Assembly (NCBI GenBank): GCA_964530085.1
Contig: CAZGXX010000002.1
Span: 212,725 to 276,724, forward strand
Direction: 5' to 3'
DNA length: 64,000 nucleotides
DNA from: an uncultured Azospirillum sp.
GTDB lineage: Bacteria; Pseudomonadota; Alphaproteobacteria; Rickettsiales; UBA3002
The position numbers and the translations under genes were made by a program. Below are positions 18,023 through 27,427 of the stretch, piece after piece. How positions within the stretch are numbered: the stretch's first letter is position 1; each line of letters opens with the position of its first letter. Under the pieces are notes generated by a model. That model was not told the origin of the DNA. It did no database searches and saw nothing but the letters and a program-made list of their open reading frames with translations.

Positions 18023-18056
18023 ACTATAGCTCAGAATTGTGACAGTATGATGACAA
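18023..18056 (-). promoter_or_regulatory. Pho-box-like direct repeat promoter (class I, 10-nt gap)
   Basis: Gene-strand reading: TTGTCAT-CATA-CTGTCAC-aattctgagc-TATAGT. The -10 ends 20 nt upstream of the ATG at 18002. Confidence 0.6.
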
Positions 18057-18081
18057 CGCGACTGTTTTTTGTGAATAAACC

Positions 18082-19683
18082 CTACATATTCGGGTAATTC
18101 GGCCCGCCGCCGCCCTCGGGCGTGGTCCAGACAATGTTCTGGGTGGGGTCTTTAATGTCGCAGGTTTTGCAGTGGACGCAGTTTTGGGCATTGATTTGCA
18201 AGCGTTTTTCAGCTTCACCCACGATCTCATACACCCCGGCGGGGCAGAAACGCTGCTCCGGCGCATCGTATATCGGCAGGTTCACACCAATCGGCACGCT
18301 CGCATCCCGCAGCGTCAGGTGCGCGGGCTGGTCTTCCTCGTGGTTGGTGTTGCTGAGATAGACGGACGATAACCGGTCAAAACTCACCACCCCATCCGGC
18401 TGCGGATAGGCGATCTTTGCGCACTGATCCGCCGGTTTCAGGCAGGCATGGTCGGCATGGTGTTTCAGTGTCCACGGCGCACGGCCACGGAAGAGATAGG
18501 TATCGAGCGCCGCATAAAGCAGCCCCGCCCACAGCCCATACCGAAACGCCGGACGAATATTCCGCACGCCGTAGAGCTCCTTACCGACCCATGAATTTTT
18601 GAGCGCGGTTTCGTAAGAAACCATATCACTCGCATTATTCGCCAGTGCCGAAGCCGCAGCATCCGCCGCCAACATCCCGGATTTCATCGCCGTATGCGTG
18701 CCCTTGATACGCGGCACATTGAGGAACCCCGCCGCGCAGCCGATGAGCGCGCCGCCGGGGAAGGTGAGCTTCGGAATCGCCTGCCAGCCGCCCTCGTTGA
18801 GCGCGCGGGCACCATAAGCGAGGCGCTTGCCGCCCTCGAACAACGGGCGCACGGCGGGGTGCGTTTTATAACGCTGGAATTCCTTGAACGGGTCGAGATG
18901 CGGATTCGCGTAATCCAGCCCCACCACAAACCCAACGGCGACCTGATTATCCTCGATATGGTAGAGGAACGAGCCGCCATAGGTGCTGCTATCCATCGGC
19001 CAGCCGACGGTGTGCTCCACGCGGCCGAGCTTATGTTTCTCCGGCGCCACCTGCCAGATTTCCTTGATGCCGATGCCATAGGTCTGCGGCGCGTCCTGCG
19101 AGCGAAGTGAGAATTCCTTGATGAGCTTTTCCGTCAGCGAGCCGCGGCAACCCTCAGCAAACAGCGTCAGTTTGGCGCGCAGCTCCATCGGCGGCTGATA
19201 GGTATCTTTGTGCTTGCCATCCTTGCCGATGCCGAATGCGCCGGTTTTCACGCCGCGCACTGCACCGCCCTCGATAATTGTCTCCGCCGCCGGGAAGCCC
19301 GGGAAAATCTGCACGCCGAGCGCCTCGGCCTGTTGCCCTAACCAGCGGCACAAATTCGCCAACGAGATGATATAATTGCCGTGATTGGTCATCGGCCTCG
19401 GCGTGGGCAGGCGCACGCGGCTATCGCGGCTTAAAAAGCTGAAATGGTCGTGCGTCACCGGCACGTTGAGCGGCGCGCCCTTCTCTTTCCAATCCGGAAT
19501 CAGTTCGTCGAGCGCCTTCGGGTCGAGCACCGCGCCGGAGAGGATATGCGCACCGACCTCCGAGCCTTTTTCGATGAGCATGATGTTCGCCTCAGGCACA
19601 GCCTGCTTCAGGCGAATCGCGGCGGACAGGCCCGATGGCCCCGCCCCCACAATCAATACATCGCATTCCATGATATCGGTCAT
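18082..19683 (-). CDS. electron-transfer flavoprotein:ubiquinone oxidoreductase
   Basis: 533 aa. FAD fold [14 protein letters not shown] and a C-terminal 4Fe-4S motif [12 protein letters not shown] ending in PNYPNM. Confidence 0.92.
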   Translation of the reverse strand: MTDIMECDVLIVGAGPSGLSAAIRLKQAVPEANIMLIEKGSEVGAHILSGAVLDPKALDELIPDWKEKGAPLNVPVTHDHFSFLSRDSRVRLPTPRPMTNHGNYIISLANLCRWLGQQAEALGVQIFPGFPAAETIIEGGAVRGVKTGAFGIGKDGKHKDTYQPPMELRAKLTLFAEGCRGSLTEKLIKEFSLRSQDAPQTYGIGIKEIWQVAPEKHKLGRVEHTVGWPMDSSTYGGSFLYHIEDNQVAVGFVVGLDYANPHLDPFKEFQRYKTHPAVRPLFEGGKRLAYGARALNEGGWQAIPKLTFPGGALIGCAAGFLNVPRIKGTHTAMKSGMLAADAAASALANNASDMVSYETALKNSWVGKELYGVRNIRPAFRYGLWAGLLYAALDTYLFRGRAPWTLKHHADHACLKPADQCAKIAYPQPDGVVSFDRLSSVYLSNTNHEEDQPAHLTLRDASVPIGVNLPIYDAPEQRFCPAGVYEIVGEAEKRLQINAQNCVHCKTCDIKDPTQNIVWTTPEGGGGPNYPNM

Positions 19684-19744
19684 GGGGTGAGCGTAACATT
19701 ATTTTAGTTGGGGTAAAGTAGAATGCAGGGAAGCCTGAATAGAA

Positions 19745-19936
19745 TTAGCTCAGGAATTGACCCTGTGACGGTTTTGCCAACGCAGCGACCGCAGCCCCGG
19801 TGAGGCTTGCACCCGTCGCTGCAAGGTCAGGAATGCCGGTCAGCTTTTGGATGACCAGCCCATCCACCGTGCTGTTGAAGCCGTTGGCGGCATCAATCGC
19901 CACTTGTGGGAGTGTTTCTGCGGTTGGCTTAAACAT
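19745..19936 (-). CDS. hypothetical small protein (63 aa)
   Basis: ATG overlaps the stop of the upstream ORF by 8 nt (ATGTTTAA), suggesting translational coupling. No recognisable domain. Confidence 0.4.
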   Translation of the reverse strand: MFKPTAETLPQVAIDAANGFNSTVDGLVIQKLTGIPDLAATGASLTGAAVAALAKPSQGQFLS

Positions 19937-20249
19937 GCATCACCTTCTGTTCATGGTCGAGCGTATCGAGAAACTCAATCGCCCGGCGTTGAGATTCAAG
20001 CGTCGGCAGGCTGAGCGCTACCAACTCTTTCGCCTGTTTTACCTTGCGCATGTTCACGCCACACGAAGCCAAATGGCCACGGTTGCTCGACATGCGCGGA
20101 TCCGACATCAGCGCTTTCGCGTATTCCACATCCTGATATTCTTTCAGCGCGCTGGTGAGTTCAATCACTGCTTTCGCCGCAATATCCGGTGCATAAAATT
20201 GGTGTTCGACTAGGCTCATAGGAGTAATACCTTTACTGACTATAGGCAT
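19929..20249 (-). CDS. hypothetical protein (106 aa, or 96 aa if starting at 20219)
   Basis: ORF of unknown function. A TATAGT hexamer lies inside the first 10 codons (20239-20244), so the Met at 20219 may be the true start. Confidence 0.4.
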   Translation of the reverse strand: MPIVSKGITPMSLVEHQFYAPDIAAKAVIELTSALKEYQDVEYAKALMSDPRMSSNRGHLASCGVNMRKVKQAKELVALSLPTLESQRRAIEFLDTLDHEQKVMHV

Positions 20250-20283
20250 TATTACATCAAATTCATTAAGATTTCGTTACCAA
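20239..20283 (-). promoter_or_regulatory. weak, degenerate Pho-box-like site
   Basis: Gene-strand reading: TGGTAAC-GAAA-TCTTAAT, 20 nt, TATAGT. Half-sites and spacing deviate from the other eight sites. Confidence 0.25.
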
Positions 20284-20285
20284 CC

Positions 20286-21104
20286 ATGCAGAATTTTGCA
20301 CAATTTGACCCAATCGACACACTCCGCTGGTATGCAGAAATGGGAGTCGATTTATGCGTAGAGCCAGAGCCACAGCGCCTTAAGGCCGAAGTTATCACGC
20401 TTTACCAGTCACACCCCCCTGCCACTAGCGCAGAAAAAAAATCCGCCGAGCCTACACGCCCTGCTCCAGTGAAGGTTGAGGCTCCAGCCTCCCTCAGCGC
20501 GGCGGTGGCGGATGCGCGGGCACTGGCGGACGGCGCCACCACACTCGCCGAGCTAGAGGCCGCCGTGCGCAGCTTTGGCGGGTGCAGCCTCAAGAAAACC
20601 GCGACCAACACCGTGTTTGCGCAAGGCGTGGCCGCCAGCCGCCTCATGCTCATCGGCGAAGCACCGGGCGCGGAGGAGGACAGGAGCGGCGCGCCGTTCT
20701 GCGGCCCGAGCGGCCAGTTGCTCGACCTGATGCTCAGCCATATCAGCCTCACCCGTGCGGAAAATTTTTACATCACGAACACCCTCTTCTGGCGTCCGCC
20801 CGGCAACCGTCAGCCGACGCAGGAGGAGCTCGACATCTGCCGCCCGTTCGTCGAGAAGCACATCGCGCTGGTGAATCCGAAAATACTGGTGCTGGTGGGC
20901 GGCACCGCCACAAAATCCGTGCTCGGCGACAGCCGCGGCATCACCCGCCTGCGCGGGCAGGTTTTCCGCTATAAAAACGACTATATGGCTACGGAAGTGC
21001 CCGTCCACGTCATCTACCACCCGTCTTACCTGCTGCGCCAACCTCTGGCCAAAAAGCAATGCTGGGCGGATTTACTGGCGCTGAAGCTGGCTCTCAGCGT
21101 ATAA
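20286..21104 (+). CDS. uracil-DNA glycosylase, family 4, with N-terminal extension
   Basis: GEAPGAEEDRSGAPFCGPSGQLLD matches the family-4 motif GEAPGxxEDxxGxPFxGxxGxLL. C-terminal HPSYLLR motif. Confidence 0.85.
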   Translation: MQNFAQFDPIDTLRWYAEMGVDLCVEPEPQRLKAEVITLYQSHPPATSAEKKSAEPTRPAPVKVEAPASLSAAVADARALADGATTLAELEAAVRSFGGCSLKKTATNTVFAQGVAASRLMLIGEAPGAEEDRSGAPFCGPSGQLLDLMLSHISLTRAENFYITNTLFWRPPGNRQPTQEELDICRPFVEKHIALVNPKILVLVGGTATKSVLGDSRGITRLRGQVFRYKNDYMATEVPVHVIYHPSYLLRQPLAKKQCWADLLALKLALSV

Positions 21105-21226
21105 ATCCTCATTTTTACTCGAAAATGACGCGAAACTGATGCAAAAAAGAGACATTTCTCCTTGCTGGGGGTGGGGTTTGGCCGTATAAAGCGCCCTCAA
21201 ATTTAATAAAAGGCATACAACACGGC

Positions 21227-22771
21227 ATGATTTCGCTTCTTACATCCATCGCCCGCAAGGCACGGCGCCGCACGTTTGCGGCGCTATTCGCTGTGGCGTT
21301 GCTCGCGCTTATTCCTGCGCCAACCCTCTCGGTGGGCGACTATGTGGAGAATGCTAGCACGGCGTTGACAGGCGCGGTGCATGTTGCCCCTACCGAGCTG
21401 ACGGCGGAGGATATAGCCCTCTATAACAGCAGCTTCATGGCGGATGCGCGTGGCGACACCCGCGCTGCCGACGATAACCTCGCCCGCGTAGCGAACCCGC
21501 GCCTTGTGGGCTATGTGCTGGCCGCGCGCTACCTTGGTAATGGCTATAAGGCGACAGCGGCGGAGCTGACACAATGGCTCGCGAATTATGCGGATCACCC
21601 GCAGGCAGATGATATCCGTAGACTCGCCGTAGCACGTGGCGCGAACCTCCCCGCCGCGGCTGATACCCAAGACCCGCTCAAAGGCCAGGGTTATGGCGAT
21701 CATCTCGGCCGCACCGGTATGCCGGACGGCTGGTATCACGCCCTCACCCTCTGGCGCGAGGGCGACTATGCAGGTGCGCTACCGCTTTTCACCAGCGCGG
21801 GCGACGACGAATCCCTCTCCGACTGGCAACGTGCCGCTGGGCATTACTGGGCGTATCGCGCCGCCACCAAACTAGGTGACAAAACCACCGCTCACGCGGA
21901 GCTCGCGCAAGCTGCGCAATACCCAACCACGTTTTATGGCATGCTCGCTGCGCCGGGTGCGATTGCGAAAATAAACCCCACAGCGCCGGAAGTATCGAAT
22001 GTTGTGCGTAACGACCCTGCCGCCATCCGCGCCACGCTGCTGGTGCAACTCGACCGCAGCGACGATGCCGAGGACGAACTCCGCGCGCTCTATGGCCGCC
22101 TACCGAAAGAAGAACGCGCGGGCCTCGTAACCCTCGCCAGCGAGCTGCATCTGCCGAACTTGCAACTGCGCCTCGCCAACATGCCGCAGCTCAGCAAGGC
22201 CGAGAAACTCTTCGCCAGCTACCCCATGCCCGAATTTATCACCGACGCGCAGACGGACATCAACCCCGCGCTGTTGCTTGCCATTGCGCGCAACGAATCC
22301 GCCTTCCGTGACACGGCGGCAAGCGGTGCCGGTGCCGTCGGCATGATGCAGATTCTCCCCTCCACCGCCCACGCCATTGAACGCCGCGTAGGGCGCGAGC
22401 AACTGCAAGTCGCCAGCACGAGCGTGGAACCCATCATCACGCGGCTCAACGACCCGGCGACCAGCGCGCGCTACAGTGCGGAATACCTTAAAATGCTCAA
22501 GCGCGAATCGGCGGTTGGCAATAACCTTGTGCGCGTGATTGCGGCCTATAACGCAGGCCCCGGCTCGGTTGCCAACTGGCAATCCCTCGCCAGCAACGTG
22601 AACGACCCACTGCTTTACATCGAGTCCATCCCCTACGCCGAAACGCGTAACTACGTGATGCAAGTCATCGCGCAATACTGGGTTTACCAAACTCTGCGCG
22701 GCGAGAAGCCGGAGACACTCAGCGCCGTCACAAGCGGCATTTGGCCAGCACTCGCGGTGGCAAAAGCGTAG
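21227..22771 (+). CDS. slt: soluble lytic murein transglycosylase (Slt family)
   Basis: Signal peptide, superhelical N-terminal region, SLT catalytic motif ARNESAFRDTA...GMMQILPSTA...AYNAGPG. Confidence 0.8.
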   Translation: MISLLTSIARKARRRTFAALFAVALLALIPAPTLSVGDYVENASTALTGAVHVAPTELTAEDIALYNSSFMADARGDTRAADDNLARVANPRLVGYVLAARYLGNGYKATAAELTQWLANYADHPQADDIRRLAVARGANLPAAADTQDPLKGQGYGDHLGRTGMPDGWYHALTLWREGDYAGALPLFTSAGDDESLSDWQRAAGHYWAYRAATKLGDKTTAHAELAQAAQYPTTFYGMLAAPGAIAKINPTAPEVSNVVRNDPAAIRATLLVQLDRSDDAEDELRALYGRLPKEERAGLVTLASELHLPNLQLRLANMPQLSKAEKLFASYPMPEFITDAQTDINPALLLAIARNESAFRDTAASGAGAVGMMQILPSTAHAIERRVGREQLQVASTSVEPIITRLNDPATSARYSAEYLKMLKRESAVGNNLVRVIAAYNAGPGSVANWQSLASNVNDPLLYIESIPYAETRNYVMQVIAQYWVYQTLRGEKPETLSAVTSGIWPALAVAKA

Positions 22772-22816
22772 CGATTCCCTCTTGCGCTGGCCGCGTGGCT
22801 GACCTACCGTCAGCCC

Positions 22817-23431
22817 ATGCCGGATTTATCACTCGAACATTCTTATGCGCCGCGCCGAGTTTGCGGAGTAGATGAGGCCGGACGCGGCCCATGGGCGGGG
22901 CCTGTGGTCGCTGCTTCGGTAATGTTTTTAAACGAAGCTATCATTCCCACTGGCCTGAACGACTCCAAGAAACTCTCTGCGAAGGCACGAACTACACTCG
23001 CCACGCAATTGCGCGCACTACCCGAAACGCTCATCGGTGTGGGCATCGCGAGTGTGGAAGAAATCGACCAGCTCAACATCTGGGGTGCAACACAACTTGC
23101 CATGCGACGTGCGGCAGACGCCTTAAGCGAAGCCCCCGAAGTCGCGCTCATCGACGGTAACCGCCACCCCAAGCCGTTCCGCTGCGCCACCTATCCCATC
23201 ATCGGCGGCGATGGGCGCTCCCTCTCCATCGCCGCGGCCTCCATCATCGCAAAAACCACGCGCGACGCGCTGATGGAAGAATATGCAAAGCGCTACCCAC
23301 AGTATGGGTTTGAGCGTCATGCAGGTTATGGCACTGCTGCACATCAGGCTGCACTCGCCGCGCACGGCCCCTGCCCCATTCACCGCACCAGCTTCCGCCC
23401 CATCCGCGAATTAATAGAGCGCGCCGCATGA
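22817..23431 (+). CDS. rnhB: ribonuclease HII
   Basis: GVDEAGRGPWAGPVVAA active-site motif. 204 aa. Confidence 0.9.
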   Translation: MPDLSLEHSYAPRRVCGVDEAGRGPWAGPVVAASVMFLNEAIIPTGLNDSKKLSAKARTTLATQLRALPETLIGVGIASVEEIDQLNIWGATQLAMRRAADALSEAPEVALIDGNRHPKPFRCATYPIIGGDGRSLSIAAASIIAKTTRDALMEEYAKRYPQYGFERHAGYGTAAHQAALAAHGPCPIHRTSFRPIRELIERAA

Positions 23432-23934
23432 GCACAGAAAAGAAAAAAAACTATCGCCCGCGCCGCCTGTTTCCTCGCACGCTGGATGAAGTGGTAAAGC
23501 AGGCCACCAAACCGCTGATGGATAAGCAAGGCAAGCTCTACAGCGCGCTGCTGCGCGACTGGGCGACGATTGTCGGCAAAGACCGCGCCGCCGTCACCCG
23601 CCCGCAGCGCCTGCAATTCCCGACCACGGAGGCCACTGGCGCGACGCTGCACCTTGCCGTACGCCCCGCCGCCGCGCCAGAATTTGCTTATATCACCGAG
23701 CAACTGCTCGACCAGTGCGCGCGCTATTTTGGCTATCGCGCCATCGCGCGGATTGTGCTGCACCCCACCCATGGCGAATTTTTCGACGCGGTGGAAACCC
23801 CCGTCGCCACGCCACAACCCTCGCAGCAAGCCACGCATCTGCCGGATAATGTGCCCGCTGAAATGCGCGACGTGCTCGACCGTTTGGCACAGCATGTTGC
23901 ATCGGCAGTTGTCAAAAAAGATGAGACGCGTTAG
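23428..23934 (+). CDS. DUF721 (DciA-like) domain protein
   Basis: 168 aa. The pattern LYSALLRDWATIVG...ATLHLAV...EFAYITEQLLDQCARYFGY resembles DUF721 proteins (recollection). ATGA overlap with rnhB. Confidence 0.55.
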   Translation: MSTEKKKNYRPRRLFPRTLDEVVKQATKPLMDKQGKLYSALLRDWATIVGKDRAAVTRPQRLQFPTTEATGATLHLAVRPAAAPEFAYITEQLLDQCARYFGYRAIARIVLHPTHGEFFDAVETPVATPQPSQQATHLPDNVPAEMRDVLDRLAQHVASAVVKKDETR

Positions 23935-23965
23935 ACCATAGCTCCACATCATTCAGGGAGTTAGT

Positions 23966-24706
23966 ATGGCGGGTATTTCGGGCGGAAAAATTGCGGCAAT
24001 CATTCTGGTAGTGCTGATCGGTGCTGCCGCGAGCTTTGGCTATTTCAAACAAAACGCCGCATTAACAGAACCTGATACACAGACCGCCGCTGCGCAAGAT
24101 GCTGCCGCAAAAGATGCGCAAGCCGCTGCTGAAAAACCTGTCACGCCGGAGCTGATCTCCGCCACCCTCGTCATCAAACCGACCGATATTGTGCTGGGCG
24201 ACAACGCTGCCCCGGTGACGATTTTTGAATATTCCTCGCTCTCGTGCCCGCATTGCGCTAATTTTCATAAAGAAGTGCTGCCAACACTACAGAAAGAATT
24301 CATCACCCCCGGAAAAGTGAGGCTGGTGCTCCGCCATTTCCCACTTAACCCGCCTGCGCTTAAGGGTGCTGTGTTGGTGGAATGCGCCGGGCAGAACGGC
24401 CAGAAGCGCGAAAACTTCCTCAAAGTCCTGTTCGATATGCAGCCCAAATGGGCGTTTGATGAGTCGTTCCTTAAGAATCTCAAGCAAATCGCCGGGGTCG
24501 GCGGCATCGACAGCGCGACGTTTGATAGCTGTATGGCTGATAAATCGCTCGAAGAGCGTGTTCTTGCCGTTCGTAAAGAGGGCGAGGTTGAGCTAAAAAT
24601 CAGCGGCACCCCTGCATTTTACATCAATAACGTGCTCTACGAGGGTGAGCGCAGCGTAGATGGCTTCCGCACCGCCATCGGCGAGGCGATGAAGGCACCG
24701 AAATAG
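23966..24706 (+). CDS. DsbA-family thiol:disulfide oxidoreductase (membrane-anchored)
   Basis: N-terminal TM anchor. CPHC active site in the context YSSLSCPHCANFH. Confidence 0.8.
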   Translation: MAGISGGKIAAIILVVLIGAAASFGYFKQNAALTEPDTQTAAAQDAAAKDAQAAAEKPVTPELISATLVIKPTDIVLGDNAAPVTIFEYSSLSCPHCANFHKEVLPTLQKEFITPGKVRLVLRHFPLNPPALKGAVLVECAGQNGQKRENFLKVLFDMQPKWAFDESFLKNLKQIAGVGGIDSATFDSCMADKSLEERVLAVRKEGEVELKISGTPAFYINNVLYEGERSVDGFRTAIGEAMKAPK

Positions 24707-24758
24707 CGGCCTTCACAGCCTGAGGTTACCCACCAGTTATCCACCGATATATCCACGC

Positions 24759-24787
24759 TTGACAGGTAGGGGCACTATCCATAGATT
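24759..24787 (+). promoter_or_regulatory. candidate sigma70 promoter of the atp F0 operon
   Basis: TTGACA (24759-24764), 17-nt spacer, TAGATT (24782-24787). The predicted TSS is within a few nt of the atpI ATG at 24797, so either the mRNA is near-leaderless or the start codon is mis-assigned. Confidence 0.35.
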
Positions 24788-24796
24788 GCGCGCGCC

Positions 24797-25114
24797 ATGG
24801 GCGAGGAAGACACGCAGAAAGCACAGCAACTTGAGGCGCTGAATCAGCAACTTGAGGAGGTGCGCAAGCTTCAACCGAAGGCGACGCCGGAAGCCAAACT
24901 TCCCGGTGACGCCGCCCGCGCCGCGATCGACTTTGCGTCGGCCACCGCGGTAGGGTCGTTACTCGGATACGGGTTCGACCGCTGGCAGGATACCATGCCC
25001 TGGGGGCTGTTGGTGGGGTTACTCATCGGCACCGCTGCGGGTGTAAAACTGATGTTCGATGAGGAAGCGCGGCAACGTCGCAAATCCAAGGCGAACGAAA
25101 TGAAACAAAACTAA
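24797..25114 (+). CDS. atpI: ATP synthase protein I (AtpI/AtpZ family)
   Basis: 105 aa with two TM helices. Position immediately upstream of atpB, as in alphaproteobacterial F0 operons. Confidence 0.7.
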   Translation: MGEEDTQKAQQLEALNQQLEEVRKLQPKATPEAKLPGDAARAAIDFASATAVGSLLGYGFDRWQDTMPWGLLVGLLIGTAAGVKLMFDEEARQRRKSKANEMKQN

Positions 25115-25127
25115 CAAGGACGACGAC

Positions 25128-25874
25128 GTGTCTGCTGAAGCGCATCATAGCCCACTCGACCAATTTGCAGTAAGCCCGGTCTTCCCGTTGCCAAAAATGT
25201 TTGGCATCGATACCAGCGTGACCAACTCGTCGGTCGTGATGCTGCTGGCAGTGCTCGTCATCGGCCTGTTCTTCACTTTTGCGCTGCGTAAGCGCGCCAC
25301 CGTTCCCGGCCGCACCCAGTCGCTGGCGGAAATCATTTATCAATTCGTCCATGGCATCGTCGAAGAAAATACCGGCCATGCAGGGCAAAAATACTTCCCC
25401 TTCGTGTTCACCCTGTTCCTGTTCATTCTGTTCGTGAACTTTCTGGGGCTGATCCCAACCTCCTTCGCGCCGACCAGCCATATCATCGTCACCTTCGGCA
25501 TGGGCGCATTTGTGTTCCTTGGCATCACGCTGATCGGCCTCATCAAGCAGGGTCCGGTTGGCTTCTTTAAGCACTTCATTCCCGAGGGGCTACCCATCTT
25601 CATCATCCCGCTGATGCTGGTGATCGAGCTGGTTTCCTACCTCTCGCGCCCTTTCAGCCTTGGCATTCGTTTGGCTGCAAACATCGCCGCCGGCCACACG
25701 CTGATGCATGTGATGGCTGCCTTCGTGGCACCGCTTGGCCTGTTCGGCATTATGCCGGTGGCCTTCCTCGTGTTCATGAATGGTCTCGAATTCTTCGTCG
25801 CGATCCTTCAGGCCTATGTATTCACCCTTCTTGCCTGTATGTATCTCGGTGAGGCACTTGCAGAACAACACTAA
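25128..25874 (+). CDS. atpB: F0F1 ATP synthase subunit a
   Basis: 248 aa, GTG start. SPLDQF N-terminus and conserved LGIRLAANIAAGH segment with the essential Arg. Confidence 0.9.
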   Translation: MSAEAHHSPLDQFAVSPVFPLPKMFGIDTSVTNSSVVMLLAVLVIGLFFTFALRKRATVPGRTQSLAEIIYQFVHGIVEENTGHAGQKYFPFVFTLFLFILFVNFLGLIPTSFAPTSHIIVTFGMGAFVFLGITLIGLIKQGPVGFFKHFIPEGLPIFIIPLMLVIELVSYLSRPFSLGIRLAANIAAGHTLMHVMAAFVAPLGLFGIMPVAFLVFMNGLEFFVAILQAYVFTLLACMYLGEALAEQH

Positions 25875-25924
25875 CTAATTACTACGTTTTCTTTCATTTC
25901 TTTTGTTCACTTTTGGAGTTTGTC

Positions 25925-26161
25925 ATGGAAAGTTCAGTTATGGATCTCACAGCATTGAAATTCGTCGGTATGGGTCTGTGTGCCCTCGGGATGATGGGCG
26001 CAGCAATCGGTGCTGGTCTTATCTTCAGCGGCGCAGCACAAGGTATTGCTCGCAACCCAGGCGCGGAAGACAAAGTCCGCAAAATCTCCATCCTCGGCGT
26101 GGTTTTCGCAGAGTTCATGGGTCTGCTCTCGTTCGTTCTCGGCATCATGATCATGGGCTAG
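25925..26161 (+). CDS. atpE: F0F1 ATP synthase subunit c
   Basis: Hairpin proteolipid. GIARNPGA loop and carboxylate in VFAEFMGL. ATG at 25925 follows a GGAG SD. Confidence 0.9.
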   Translation: MESSVMDLTALKFVGMGLCALGMMGAAIGAGLIFSGAAQGIARNPGAEDKVRKISILGVVFAEFMGLLSFVLGIMIMG

Positions 26162-26184
26162 CCTGAGGCTAGAGGCATTTTATT

Positions 26185-26757
26185 ATGAAGCTTTTTCGAC
26201 AGTTGAGTGCCGGTTCGGCCATCTTCGTGACCAGTGCGGGCGCTACCCACGCGGCTGGTATCCCGCAGATGGATCAGACTTGGTATCCGAACCAGCTATT
26301 CTGGCTCGCCATTAGCTTTGGCGTCCTTTATGTGCTGGTCTCACGCCGTATCGCCCCCACCATCCACTCCCTGCTCCACGCACGGGAGGAGGCGATCAAC
26401 ATCGCGATCCGCGACGCGGAGGAAGCCAAGCGCACTGCCGAAGCAACCCGTAGCCACTACGAGTCCGAAGGCCAAGGCGCACGCGGAAAAGCGGCAGAGT
26501 TTGTCGCCCGCGCGCAGGCTGAAACCAGCGCCAAAGCAACGGAGGCCCTAGCGAAGCTCGATAATGAGCTGGCGCAAAAGGCCACCCGTGCCGATGCGCG
26601 GATTGAGGATGCAAAGGCAAAAGCAGCCTCTGCGCTCCAGTCTGCAACGGTCAGCCTTACATCAACCATGGTTGAGAAGCTGCTGGGCTATGCCGTGAAA
26701 GAGGCGGATGTCGCGAAAGCGGTTGCGCCCCTGCTTGCCACCAAATCGAGCCAATAA
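26185..26757 (+). CDS. atpF2: F0F1 ATP synthase subunit b-prime
   Basis: Single N-terminal TM after a signal-like segment, then a long Ala/Glu/Lys-rich helix. First of two b-type genes, as in alphaproteobacteria. Confidence 0.8.
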   Translation: MKLFRQLSAGSAIFVTSAGATHAAGIPQMDQTWYPNQLFWLAISFGVLYVLVSRRIAPTIHSLLHAREEAINIAIRDAEEAKRTAEATRSHYESEGQGARGKAAEFVARAQAETSAKATEALAKLDNELAQKATRADARIEDAKAKAASALQSATVSLTSTMVEKLLGYAVKEADVAKAVAPLLATKSSQ

Positions 26758-26766
26758 GGAACCGTC

Positions 26767-27351
26767 ATGGCGACCAAACATATCGTAGCAAAAGCCGCTG
26801 AATCAGCACCGGAGCATCTTTCTGCTGCGGATGCTGCTTCATCCGCCAACGGCTTCGACATGGCGGCCATCATGCATAATCCGGAAACATGGATTATCGT
26901 TGCCTTCCTGCTTTTCTTCGGCCTGTTCCTTAAGTTTGTGGGCCCGATGATTGGTAAAGGGCTCGATGCCCGCTCGCAGAAAATCTACGAGCAGCTCGAG
27001 CAGGCAACCTTACTGCGTGCGCAAGCGCAGGAGCTGCTTGCGTCGTATGAGCGCGAGCGTGCAGAAAACGCCAAAGAGGCCGAGCGCATCATCGCCACTG
27101 CCAAAGCGGATGCAGAAATGCTGCGCGTACGTGCGGAAGAAGAACTCAAGCTCGCGCTGGAGCGCCGCAGTGCACAAGCGGTTGAGAAAATCGCCCGTGC
27201 AGAGCAGGAAGCTGTGGCTTTCGTACGCTCGCAAATGGCCGATATCGCCAGCAAGGCAGCCGCGCAAGTCATCCGCGAAGAAATGGATAGCAGCAAGGAA
27301 GACCCCGCCGTCGCCCGCGCGATCAAAGCCATCGAGCAGCAGATTCACTAG
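26767..27351 (+). CDS. atpF: F0F1 ATP synthase subunit b
   Basis: One TM helix plus a long charged helix. Second b-type gene of the operon. Confidence 0.8.
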   Translation: MATKHIVAKAAESAPEHLSAADAASSANGFDMAAIMHNPETWIIVAFLLFFGLFLKFVGPMIGKGLDARSQKIYEQLEQATLLRAQAQELLASYERERAENAKEAERIIATAKADAEMLRVRAEEELKLALERRSAQAVEKIARAEQEAVAFVRSQMADIASKAAAQVIREEMDSSKEDPAVARAIKAIEQQIH

Positions 27352-27427
27352 TGATATATTGACTTCAACGCAGGCCGCTGTTTAACCTTCCCGCTCCTTT
27401 TCAGCGACTCCCGAAGGTGCGCGTTGC

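Noticed and set aside
24737-24757. Two DnaA-box-like nonamers (TTATCCACC, ATATCCACG) 12 bp apart upstream of atpI, considered as a possible replication origin.
   Set aside because: There are only two imperfect boxes, no AT-rich unwinding element, and no dnaA, dnaN, hemE or parAB context. They are more likely chance, or at most a regulatory DnaA site.
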